Source of the DNA: Ascoidea asiatica JCM 7603
Taxonomy: Eukaryota; Fungi; Ascomycota
Direction: 5' to 3'
DNA: 38,826 nucleotides
Assembly: GCA_001600695.1 (NCBI GenBank)
Contig: BCKQ01000015.1
Span: 299,695-338,520 of the forward strand
The notes below the pieces were generated by a model. That model searched no databases and was not told where the DNA came from. It saw only the letters and a list, made by a program, of their open reading frames with translations. Below, piece by piece: positions 1 to 9,471 of the stretch (position 1 is its first letter; the number at the start of each line of letters is the position of its first letter). A program made the translations under genes and the position numbers.

Positions 1-204
1 TATGATGCTGATAATTTAATTTATCAACTAAAAACTTATCATCCAAATAATAATAATAATAATAAACTCGGTAATTCAATTATAATTAAAAAAAGAAAAA
101 GAATTTTAAAAAATAAATATTTACTTGATTCAAAAAGAACAATTTTGAAATCTTTTTTAATAAGAGTTAATAAAAATTTAACTCTTTGTGAAAATTTTGA
201 CTAA
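1..204 (+). CDS. 3' end of a gene that begins before the window (…YDADNLIYQLKTYHP…LTLCENFD*), product unknown
   Basis: Frame 1 is open from base 1 to TAA at 202-204, with the same A/T-ending codon usage as neighbouring genes. Confidence 0.6.
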   Translation, partial: YDADNLIYQLKTYHPNNNNNNKLGNSIIIKKRKRILKNKYLLDSKRTILKSFLIRVNKNLTLCENFD

Positions 205-527
205 TAAAGATTTTATAAATAAAAAATTTGAAAAAACTTCATCTCAAAAAGCAATCTTTTAATGAAATCCAGATGTAGGCAGGGACTCTATGATCATATT
301 TCTCCTGGATTAAATATGAAAATTATCGCTTCAATTTCTTTTTATATAACTCTTTTTCACTTCTTTTAAATCCTTTTAGCTTATCTATTCACTCATCTAC
401 TCTCTTTTTCCATTTGAGTCTAAAATTTTTGCTCTATTCAGCATATTATGGTTTTATATTTTTTTTTTATTTTACTTTATTTTCTATAGCTCTAAATTTC
501 AATACTAAGAAAAATAAATATATATGA

Positions 528-2012
528 TTAAAAATTAAGAGTCGATTTTAGTGTATAAGAAACTACAAATGGTAAGGAAATGATTAAAATTGAATATTGA
601 AATAAAAGACAAATACCAAAACAATCCATTTGAATATTAGAATTAGAAATAGGAACTGAATTTTTTTTTTCAACTTTATCCTCAACTTTATCTTCGACTT
701 TATCTTCAACATCATTATTCGTTTGACTGACAACTTTATTGTTGATTTCATTTTGCTCATTATTAGTGACATTAGGATTATTATTAGGATTATTATTGGG
801 ATCAATATTTTCAAACTCAATCTCCAGTTCAATATTATTATCATTTTCAATTTCATTTTCGTTTTCATTTTCATTTTCAATTGATTGATTTGAAGAATTT
901 GAAGAATAAAAAGCAGTTAAATATAATTGAGTAGTTAAACTTGGTAAACACCAATTTAAAATTATAATAAAAGATAAAATTATATCATTTTCATTATTAA
1001 AATTTATTAAATTTGAAGATTTTAATCTAAGTAACCATAAAGTTCCAATTATTGGCATTATACATAATTTTAAAGTTGTTAATAAAATTGCAGATTTCCA
1101 AAAACCTTTTGGAAATTTTTTAAAATTTAATTTTTCTATAGTACAACCTAATAATAATAAACCAATTGGAACTTGAGCATTTGCTAAATATGCAGTGAAA
1201 TCCATTAAGAAATTTAATGGAGGTAATGAATCTGGAGCATTTGGTATTGAAATTTTAGTTTTAACAAATAAAGCTTTTAACCATGGTATAAAAGAAATAA
1301 TTATAGATAATATTAAAGCAATTGCAGGTGGTCTTAAAAAATTAGATAAAAAAAAATAAATAATATTTTTAAAAGTTTTTAATAAATTTAATTTTTTTTC
1401 ATTATTTTTTATAGTTATGGCTTCTTGTTGTTGATTTTGTTGTAGATTAGAATTAAAAGATTCATTATCAATGATTTTATGTTTTAAAACAAATTTTGAA
1501 TCATATTCAATTAATCTAAATAAACCAAGATTAAAACAATAAAATACACCAATAGAACTATAAATAATTGCAAAAGCTACACCTTTATCAGATTAAGTTG
1601 AATTAAAAACTGAAATTGCAGATAAAGATTGTAAATAAGCAATTGGTATATCACCATTATTTGTAAACATTGAAGCAAAAATTGAACCACCTAACCAAGA
1701 TTTTGGAATTTTAGTTAAAACATTTGATATTAAAGCAATTGAAAAACCTAAAGTATAAGTTAATAAAGAAGTTAAAATTAAAATTCCAATATTATATAAA
1801 TCATGAATTGAGATATTTGTGATAACTTTATTAAAAGTTATTGAAGGTATAAAAACTGTTAAAACTATTGTTGATAATTTTTTTGTTACTAATGAAGTTA
1901 AAATTTTTTTTTTTGATAAAAAAAAACCAACAGCTAATATTAAATAAATTTTAATTATTGGTTTAAAAGATATCCATATTATATTTCCTAAAGGTATTGA
2001 CAGATCTGACAT
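528..2012 (-). pseudogene. ECM3: ECM3/YNL095C-like membrane transporter (auxin-efflux-carrier / Mem_trans family) with one internal in-frame TAA at 1593-1595
   Basis: ORFs 1593..2012 and 528..1205 are in one frame (1485 nt). The gap translates without further stops: VFNST*SDKGVAFAIIY…FNLGLFRLIEYD…FFLSNFLRPP…FIPWLKALFV…APDSLPPLNFLMDFTAY. KPIIKIYLI, GDIPIAYLQS, CLPSLTTQLYLTAFY and QMDC are also typical Ecm3-family motifs. Confidence 0.85.
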
Positions 2013-3194
2013 TTTATTTTCTTTTATTTTCTTTTGTTCTATTCATTATATTCACTTTGCTTTGAATATAAAAAAGAAAAATAGTTAAGAGAAATTAAAT
2101 TAGTTATATAAATAAATGTTAAGTAACCAACCATTACTCGATTTGAACAATTGAATCTAAATTTTCAGTTTTGATCTTTGATTATCATTATTATTGTCTT
2201 TCATTATAATTTCTCACAGAGGAAGTTTAGTTCATTCTCTAGAGTAAATAACTGGACTGCAAGTGAATGAGCATTGTGTGAGGGTTTCTCCAAGGTTTAC
2301 TAGTAGTTCATTCTTTTACTGACAGTTGATTAAAAATTATCCTCATCAATTTTAAAATATTGGAATATTATTGAAATGAATAATCGAGAATGAAATCTTC
2401 ATAAACTTCTTCCATTGAGGCTTCCACCACATTTCCTTGTTTTTTCAGTCTTGTTTATTTTTCAACAGCACTCGGCTGTCATCGCTTTACCCCGGATTCC
2501 AGCGGAGTTTTTTTTTTTATTTTTCCAACGTCAAGAATCTGCACTAGCCTGCATTTTCAAGCTGCAAATAACCCTAAATTTTAACTTACTAGCCACTCTG
2601 AAATTAAGCCACAACCCTTAAATAGTAACACACCAGCCATTTAAGATTAATGTTAAATGGTGTTCGGCAATTAGTAAAACCGAAGTAAGTGAGCGCACAG
2701 TAATGTATCTGCTAGCATTAAAAAACAGGAAACAACATTGGATTTCTACAGACTCTTATCTCCGCTTTAAATTAGGACAATCGAAATTTAGGACAACAGT
2801 TTTAAAACCGAGGGGTGAATTGAGGCAAAGAATGCGTTGTTTGTGCATGGATTAGAAAATAGGTTTCTTCTCATTAATTTATTAATCCCTGAGTTGCTTC
2901 ATTTATCTCTTTGGGATTTCAGTTTCTTAATTACTTTTAATTTTACTGCCACTATTTTTTATCACTCTTTGTTTAATTGTACCCTTTGGCTTAAAAAATA
3001 TACAAGATTTTATAGTAGAAGAAATACCATATAAATATAACAGTATCGCTGGATATTTTACAATTCTTTTTGTTTTAATTTTGAAGTACGTAATCATATA
3101 TCCTTTAACTCTGTATTTCTAATAAACTAAAATATTTTTATCAATTTGTTACCAAGATCAATATTACATGAAATATAGTTTCAAATAAATTAAA

Positions 3195-3728
3195 ATGCCA
3201 CCAAAAGATGATCAATTATCAAAACTAGAAGAATCAATTTCAGAAATCTCCAACAGACTTTCAGAACTAGAAGCCAGACTAGATTTCAAGCTAGATTTCA
3301 AGCTAGATTTCAAGCTTGATGACAAACTAGCTGATTTTGATTCCAAAGTGGCCACCAGACTAGAATCCCTCAATGCTGCCCATGCTTCCACTGCTTCCAA
3401 CGATGCCAAAGATGCCAATGATCCCGATAATAATGCACAAACCTCTTCAAGCCGGATCATCCGCTTTTTTTCCACCACACGTGTCTATCCCGGAACTGGA
3501 ATATTTATTTACAGTTTTGCTGTTTTCGGCGGTGTAATTCTCGGGTACGTCTTCTTCCGGGGAAGGGGTCTCTCGGCGCTGGAGGAGGTCCAGCAAGACC
3601 CATTGCCGGATCCAGTCTTAGTCTCAGTCTCAGATCCAACTTCAGATGCAAATTCAGATTCTGATTATGCTTTTTATTTACAGTTCTTTTCACTTTTGTT
3701 TATGCTATATTTTATATATTCAGCATAA
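3195..3728 (+). CDS. Hypothetical 177-aa protein with an N-terminal coiled coil and two hydrophobic (TM-like) segments
   Basis: ATG in an AAAATG context. Heptad-like Leu periodicity (LEESISEISNRLSELEARLDFK…). Hydrophobic stretches GIFIYSFAVFGGVILGYVFF and YAFYLQFFSLLFMLYFIYSA. No family recognised. Confidence 0.6.
   Translation: MPPKDDQLSKLEESISEISNRLSELEARLDFKLDFKLDFKLDDKLADFDSKVATRLESLNAAHASTASNDAKDANDPDNNAQTSSSRIIRFFSTTRVYPGTGIFIYSFAVFGGVILGYVFFRGRGLSALEEVQQDPLPDPVLVSVSDPTSDANSDSDYAFYLQFFSLLFMLYFIYSA
3279..3314 (+). repeat. 12-bp tandem repeat (CTAGATTTCAAG)x3 encoding LDFK x3
   Basis: Seen directly in the sequence. Confidence 0.95.
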
Positions 3729-3751
3729 CATATTGACAAAGATTAATAAAA

Positions 3752-3805
3752 ACTTCAAAGACTTCAAAGACTTCAAAGACTTCAAAGACTTCAAAGATAT
3801 CAAAG
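3752..3805 (+). repeat. 9-bp tandem repeat (ACTTCAAAG)x5 plus one degenerate copy
   Basis: Seen directly, just 3' of the orphan ORF. Confidence 0.95.
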
Positions 3806-3918
3806 AGATATAAATATTCTTAATTTAATTATTTTCCTTTTCTTTTCTTCTCTTTCACTTTCACTTTTTTTCATAATTCATTAGAATAATAAAGTATTTC
3901 CAAATCAAAATCTGAAAA

Positions 3919-4860
3919 ATGTCTAGTGGTCAACAAACTTCAAAATCTGAAGAAACTCAATTATCTTCTAATCTAACTGAGCAATCTTCTCTGTTAATCA
4001 ATGTTGTTTCTTCTTCTGCTTCTTCCTCTCAATCATCAATTAATGAAAAAATTAAGTCAAATCAATTAAATATTATCAATAATAACAATAATATTAATTC
4101 AATGTCAAATTATTATTCCTTTTTCTTAAATTTATTCTCTTTAATATATTCTTTAATATCTTTATTAAAAATTGTTAATTTCACTTTACCTTATCAATTA
4201 TCAAAAGCAGGTCCAAAACAATTCTTAACTAATATATCCTGTGTTTTTACAATATTCAATTATTCTTTAAATATTTTTTTATTTCTTCTAATTAAAACTT
4301 TAAATTTAATTTCAATTTCAAACTCAAATGGAAAAAATATTAATATTAATAATAATAATTATTCTTTAATTAATAAATTTATAAAAATTTCAACTAATTT
4401 AAATAATTTTAAAAATAATTATATTCATTCAATTTGTTTAATTCTTGAATCAATTGTTACTGTAATTTATTGGCCTTTAAGATTATTTTTTATATCTTTA
4501 ATTTTACATGCAAATTCAAATAATGATTTATCTTCAAGATCAAGAATGTTACCAATTTATTATGATTTAGGTGTTCATTTTATACCTTATTTTTCTTTAT
4601 TTTTAGATTATTTATTATTTAAACCAATTTTTAAAATTTCAAAAAATTTATTAATTTTAATCATTTCTTCTTTAACTCTTTTATATTATTTTTATCTATT
4701 AATTTTAATTGATATTAAAAATGGTCAAGTTTATCCTTATCCTTTTATAAATTTACCAATTTTTCAAAGATTATTAGTATTCATAATTGTTGGTTTTATT
4801 GCTTATTTATCTTTTAATTTTCATCAATTTTTATATAAAAAATTTCATTCTATTCAATAA
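3919..4860 (+). CDS. FAR-17a/AIG1-like integral membrane protein (YHR140W/UPF0641-like), putative Thr/His lipid hydrolase
   Basis: Motifs GPKQFLTNIS (conserved Thr), LESIVTVIYWPLRL, DLGVHFIP (conserved His) and YPYPF, plus several TM segments. Confidence 0.85.
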   Translation: MSSGQQTSKSEETQLSSNLTEQSSLLINVVSSSASSSQSSINEKIKSNQLNIINNNNNINSMSNYYSFFLNLFSLIYSLISLLKIVNFTLPYQLSKAGPKQFLTNISCVFTIFNYSLNIFLFLLIKTLNLISISNSNGKNININNNNYSLINKFIKISTNLNNFKNNYIHSICLILESIVTVIYWPLRLFFISLILHANSNNDLSSRSRMLPIYYDLGVHFIPYFSLFLDYLLFKPIFKISKNLLILIISSLTLLYYFYLLILIDIKNGQVYPYPFINLPIFQRLLVFIIVGFIAYLSFNFHQFLYKKFHSIQ

Positions 4861-5064
4861 TTATTATGTTAATCAATCATTTAATATAATATAATATAAT
4901 ATAATATAACATAATATAATTGCTAATAAAAATATCCTATATTATAGGACAAGAAACAATAATATTTAGGTCACACTTCCAGGGCACATTGTCCAATTTT
5001 AATTTCCTACAAAATTTTAAATTTTAATTATAGAATATTTAATATTTATTAATTCTAATAATAA

Positions 5065-6540
5065 CTAAAATATAGATTCATTTGAAATATTTTCTTTAAA
5101 TTTACTAATTATTTCATCAATTATTTCATTATCCTTTTTATCTTCTTTATCAAATAGATTTTTAATAAATCCAAATGTGAAAAAGAAACAAAGTTTATTT
5201 GAAATTAAATTTATTACAATTGAACTACCAATTTCAGAAATATTTTGATTAAAAAATAATTCTTCAATTTTATAATTTTCATTTTCATTTTTATTTTCAT
5301 CTTTATTTTCATTTCTATTACTAAAATCAAAATTATAATAACCTAAATTTGAAAATCTAATTAATGGTCTTTTTTCATTATTTAAAATTTTTGATTTTAA
5401 TAGATTCTCATAAATTGGAATATTACCAAAATTTGAATTTATTAAATTATTTTTATATGATTTGGAGATAATATTTGAATTATTTATTGAATTATTTAAA
5501 TTATCATTTATATTTTTAATAATTTTATTATAATTTGATTGATTATTTATTAAAAAATCTTTTGTATTTAATTCAAAAGGTAATAATGATGGAAATGATC
5601 CATATAAATTAATTTTATTTTCAATAAATCTTCTTAAATTAAATGCAATTAAATAATTAAATTTATCTGAATGATTTTTAATTAAAAAATCTTTTGGTAT
5701 TGAAATTAAAAAATAAAAATATATTAGTGAAGTTATTTTAATTTTTAAAAATTTTGATTTTTTCATTAAATTTAAAGTTTCAACTTCATTAAGTTTTAAT
5801 TTTTTGAAAATTGATTCATAATTATAATTATAATACAATGGGTCATAATTTTCTTTTTTCTCTTTATCAATGATATTGAATTTGTTGAAATTAACTGATT
5901 TTTTCAATAGATTATCTTCTTTAGTTAAAATATTATAAAAAGAATCAATTGGTTTTGGAATTGGAGATAATTTCTTATAATCTTTAATGAAATCAAATAA
6001 TATATAATTTTCATCATCATCATCATTATTATTAGTTAAGCAATTAGTATTCATATTATTAAGTGAATTTAATTCATTGAATAAGTCTTGATGAAAATAA
6101 AAAGCAGATAAACCATCTAATAAATGCTCAAATAAAATAATTAATTCATTTTTATCATTAATTATAATTTTCCAAAATGGTAAAAATTGATTAAATAAAT
6201 CAAATTTAAAATTATCTAAAATATTAAGATCATTAGTTGAAATTTGATTATTATAATCAATAACATTATTAAATTTAATTTTTGAACATGGAGTTAAATT
6301 ATAATTATCATCAGAAATTTTAATTAATCTAAGTATAAGATATGAATTTTTTAATAAAACATTTCTTAAAGCTTTAAATAATAAAATTTTAGGAATTGAT
6401 TTATTATATTTTGCAGAAACAAAAAAATTTGTATATAAATCACTTGTCTTTCTTGCAATAAAAAAATCTTCTATAAAACCAGTTTTTCTTGTAAACTTGT
6501 CTTGTACCAGTAAATTTGGAATCGTTTCTTCAGCCTTCAT
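5065..6540 (-). CDS. Alcohol acetyltransferase / N-acetyltransferase family protein (AATase, Atf1/Sli1-like)
   Basis: N-terminal RKTGFIEDFF…YTNFFVSAKYN, ALRNVLLK, LPFWKI, FEHLLDGLSA (HXXXDG-like, one residue short), FNLRRF and FSNLG. Confidence 0.75.
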   Translation of the reverse strand: MKAEETIPNLLVQDKFTRKTGFIEDFFIARKTSDLYTNFFVSAKYNKSIPKILLFKALRNVLLKNSYLILRLIKISDDNYNLTPCSKIKFNNVIDYNNQISTNDLNILDNFKFDLFNQFLPFWKIIINDKNELIILFEHLLDGLSAFYFHQDLFNELNSLNNMNTNCLTNNNDDDDENYILFDFIKDYKKLSPIPKPIDSFYNILTKEDNLLKKSVNFNKFNIIDKEKKENYDPLYYNYNYESIFKKLKLNEVETLNLMKKSKFLKIKITSLIYFYFLISIPKDFLIKNHSDKFNYLIAFNLRRFIENKINLYGSFPSLLPFELNTKDFLINNQSNYNKIIKNINDNLNNSINNSNIISKSYKNNLINSNFGNIPIYENLLKSKILNNEKRPLIRFSNLGYYNFDFSNRNENKDENKNENENYKIEELFFNQNISEIGSSIVINLISNKLCFFFTFGFIKNLFDKEDKKDNEIIDEIISKFKENISNESIF

Positions 6541-7021
6541 TTTTGAAAATCTTTTGTTTAATTGAATAGCTTTGGAAATTGGGTAAAAACACTAAAAAAA
6601 ACAAAGATAAAAAAGGAAGAGAAGTAATGCTCAATTTATAATTTTCATATGGTGTCTCTTTCAAATAAGATTTGACTTAGTTTATATGATTTAATTTACT
6701 TTTATTTAATCTATTTTATTTTGAGTAGCATTGTTGAAATAATCCATAAGGTTTTTTAAAATGAGTCAGAGAAGCTGTATTTAGTAAAAGAAATAGATAA
6801 GCTCAATGAGTCTAAAAAAAAGTGTGGCTTCATTATCGTTACAAAGATTGTTTTTCAGTGAAATGATAGATCATTTAATGAGTACTGATTATTCAATACT
6901 CATATTGGAATAGAGAAGTTATAGTTGTTGTGGTTGTTGATGTTGTTGGATATAAATACCAAATTATTTTTGTCTGTTTTTGATTAAAAGTACTGTATTT
7001 AACATTACAGTTACCAGAGTT

Positions 7022-7030
7022 AAAAAAAAA
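7022..7030 (-). terminator. Pol III terminator (T9) of tRNA-Val
   Basis: T-run immediately after the discriminator base. Confidence 0.85.
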
Positions 7031-7104
7031 TGATTCGTCCCAGGATCGAACTGGGGACGTTCTGCGTGTTAAGCAGATGCCATAACCAACTAGACCAACG
7101 AACC
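7031..7104 (-). tRNA. tRNA-Val(AAC)
   Basis: The reverse complement GGTTCGTTGGTCTAGTTGGTTATGGCATCTGCTTAACACGCAGAACGTCCCCAGTTCGATCCTGGGACGAATCA folds as a full cloverleaf with anticodon AAC and intact A and B boxes. Confidence 0.97.
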
Positions 7105-7330
7105 ACTTCATTGAAATCTTGGCAATTTTGTGGTTTTGCAATTGTTATCCTAAAAAAGCTTTAATTCACGTGGTTTATAGAGTCCGTTTTAATGGTTCTG
7201 CTTATTTTTTGAATTAGCTTAATAAAGATAAAGAAAGATAATAATCTATAAGTCTATAAAGTGGTGTATGGATTGTATACATTGATTAAAATTAATATGA
7301 TAACATGAAATAAAAATAGAGATAAAATAA

Positions 7331-8245
7331 TTATTTTTTATCATAATGACCAAATTCTACAATACAATTATATCTAACCAATTCTTTATTACCAAGATCT
7401 GAGATTTTTTTCATATTTTCATCATCTAATTTAAAATTAAAAATTTCTAAAGATTCTTTAATTCTTTCTTTTTTAGAAGAAGTTGTAACAGGTAAAATTC
7501 CATTTTGATAAACCCATCTTAATAAAATTTGAGCTCTTGATTTATTATATTTAGTTGATAATTGAATTAATAAAGGTTCTAAGATACCAATATGACCTCT
7601 TGCTAAAGGAGAAAAAGCTTCAACTAAAATATTATTTTTTTTACAAAATGAAATAATATTTGGAGATTGATTTTGTAAATATGGATGATATTCAATTTGA
7701 TTAACCATTGGTTTAATTTTACAAATTTTAAAAATTCTTTCAAGATGTTCAACTGACCAACTACTTACACCAATTGATTTAACTTTACCTTCAAAATATA
7801 ATTTTTCCATTTGTAACCATGCAGTTTCTAAAGTTAAACCATGACACATTTCTGGAGTAACTCTTGAAGAATGAATAAGATATAAATCAATATAATTTGT
7901 ATTTAATTCTTTTAAAGCTTTTGAACAAGATTCATAAGGTCCTGAAGATGTTGCTTTTTTACTACCAAAACTTGCAAAATATTTATCAGTTATAAAAATT
8001 TGTTCTCTTTTTAAATTAGAATTTAAAATTGCATGTTTAACTTCATTTTCAGTTGTATAAATTTCTGCAGTATCAATATGATTAAAACCTAAATTAATTG
8101 CAGTTTTTAAAGATTCAACTAATGGATCAACTAAAGTACCTTGTTCTTCTTCTGATCTAGCCTTTTTTAATTTTTGCCATTTAGTTCCTGAACCATATGC
8201 AATTGCAGGAATTTTAACACCATTTGATAATTCAAAATATTCCAT
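7331..8245 (-). CDS. Aldo-keto reductase, YDL124W / conjugated polyketone reductase-like
   Basis: LSNGVKIPAIAYGSGTKW, HIDTAEIY (catalytic Asp/Tyr), IFITDK (Lys), DLYLIH (His), GKVKSIGVS, PMVNQIEYHPYLQ and AQILLRW. Confidence 0.93.
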   Translation of the reverse strand: MEYFELSNGVKIPAIAYGSGTKWQKLKKARSEEEQGTLVDPLVESLKTAINLGFNHIDTAEIYTTENEVKHAILNSNLKREQIFITDKYFASFGSKKATSSGPYESCSKALKELNTNYIDLYLIHSSRVTPEMCHGLTLETAWLQMEKLYFEGKVKSIGVSSWSVEHLERIFKICKIKPMVNQIEYHPYLQNQSPNIISFCKKNNILVEAFSPLARGHIGILEPLLIQLSTKYNKSRAQILLRWVYQNGILPVTTSSKKERIKESLEIFNFKLDDENMKKISDLGNKELVRYNCIVEFGHYDKK

Positions 8246-8701
8246 TTCGATTAAGTTTATTTGTTTATAAAAGTTGCTATTCTTTCTTTTTTAAATATCG
8301 TAAATACAAAATGAAATATACAAACTCATTATTATAAAGAAAATAATAAAGTTAATATAAAAAACAATCCAAACAATTAATAATTCAAAAGTGATAATTG
8401 GTAGTCTTTATCTAAATTTTGGAGGTTTGAAGAAAATGAACAATTCAATAAAAACTTAAGCAGTTACTGATAACAGATTCGTTGTCTGGGATCCGATCGC
8501 GTGTGGAAGAGTAAAACAGACCAAGCTGTCAGGGCAGAAGATTAAAAATTCAAGGACACATGTTTTAGGGCATTTACTTGAGAACAATACTCGCAATACT
8601 CGGTGAAGGACAAATAACAATTACAGTGTTCAGGATAAGGGGCAGGCTCTAAATGCAGTAAAATAAAAAAAAAAAAAATCTAAACACCAAATAAAATTTG
8701 G

Positions 8702-8710
8702 AAAAAAAAA
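8702..8710 (-). terminator. Pol III terminator (T9) after the tRNA-Thr fragment
   Basis: T-run directly after A73. Confidence 0.8.
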
Positions 8711-8765
8711 TGCCTTCAGCCTGATTCGAACAGACGATCTCCTCATTACTAGTGAGGTGCCTTAC
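8711..8765 (-). pseudogene. 5'-truncated tRNA-Thr(AGT), intact from about G19 to A73, with nt ~1-18 missing
   Basis: The reverse complement reads GTAA GGC A CCTCA CTAGTAA TGAGG AGATC GTCTG TTCGAAT CAGGC TGAAGGC A, then T9. The anticodon arm, T arm and B box are intact. I found no 5' acceptor strand (expected GCCTTCA-like) or A box upstream. Confidence 0.9.
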
Positions 8766-9471
8766 GAAAAACGTTTAGCACCTTTTGATTAAGGTTTTGC
8801 GTTTAGAGTTTCGGGAAAAGCGACGTCGCATTTAGCCGCTGGTGTCACGGCCCGTTACGGAGATTAGCCCCTGGTCTATAGCCGAACCCCGACGGGTTTA
8901 TTGCTGCTTTGCAGCTTAAGATTCTACACTTACATCTGTCAAAATAGACTTTATACTGTATATCTTTTATATATTTTTTGTTGTTATTCCAGAAATTTAG
9001 ATTACTTTAGAATCCCCAGTCGATTCTCCAAAGATTCCACTTCAGTTCAACCTTTTCAGAAAAGAAATGAATTAATTAATTACTTCAAAAATTCTAATGT
9101 AGATCCAAGATTACCTTTCATTAATAAAAGCATTAAAAAAAAAATGAAAAATATTATAAATGAGATTAATCTCAATAAATTTTGAAAGTATTGACCCCTG
9201 AAGTAAATAATTTCAGAAAACTTTCCGAACAAAGTCTTTCTATACTTTTTGAAAGCTCCAGGATACTACTATATTTTTTCTTTATTGTTCCCATAAAAAT
9301 TATTTCACAAAATCATAATTATTAGAAAACAAATATACATAAAACATTGATTCAGTTAATTTGTATTGTAACCTCAATTTTATACACAAAATTTTTTTTT
9401 TTTTTTTTGAATTGTCATATTCTTTTATATTGACAATTTAAAGAGATAAAATACTTTTGCTGAAATTGAAA

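Noticed and set aside
1570-1612. An intron removing the ECM3 stop codon
   Set aside because: The only GT…AG spanning the stop is 28 nt, has no consensus donor or branchpoint, would shift the frame and would delete conserved residues.
3752-3805. CRISPR-like array
   Set aside because: It is a head-to-tail minisatellite with no spacers, in a eukaryotic context.
8640-8710. A permuted tRNA-Thr with its 5' half downstream of the 3' half
   Set aside because: A T9 terminator follows A73 immediately and no 5' half lies beyond it.
8840-8940. RNase MRP (GGGGCTAATC) or U2 snRNA (AAGTGTAGAATC) on the minus strand
   Set aside because: These are short partial matches only. The MRP CR-I motif and the U2 5' stem and exact GTAGTA are absent.
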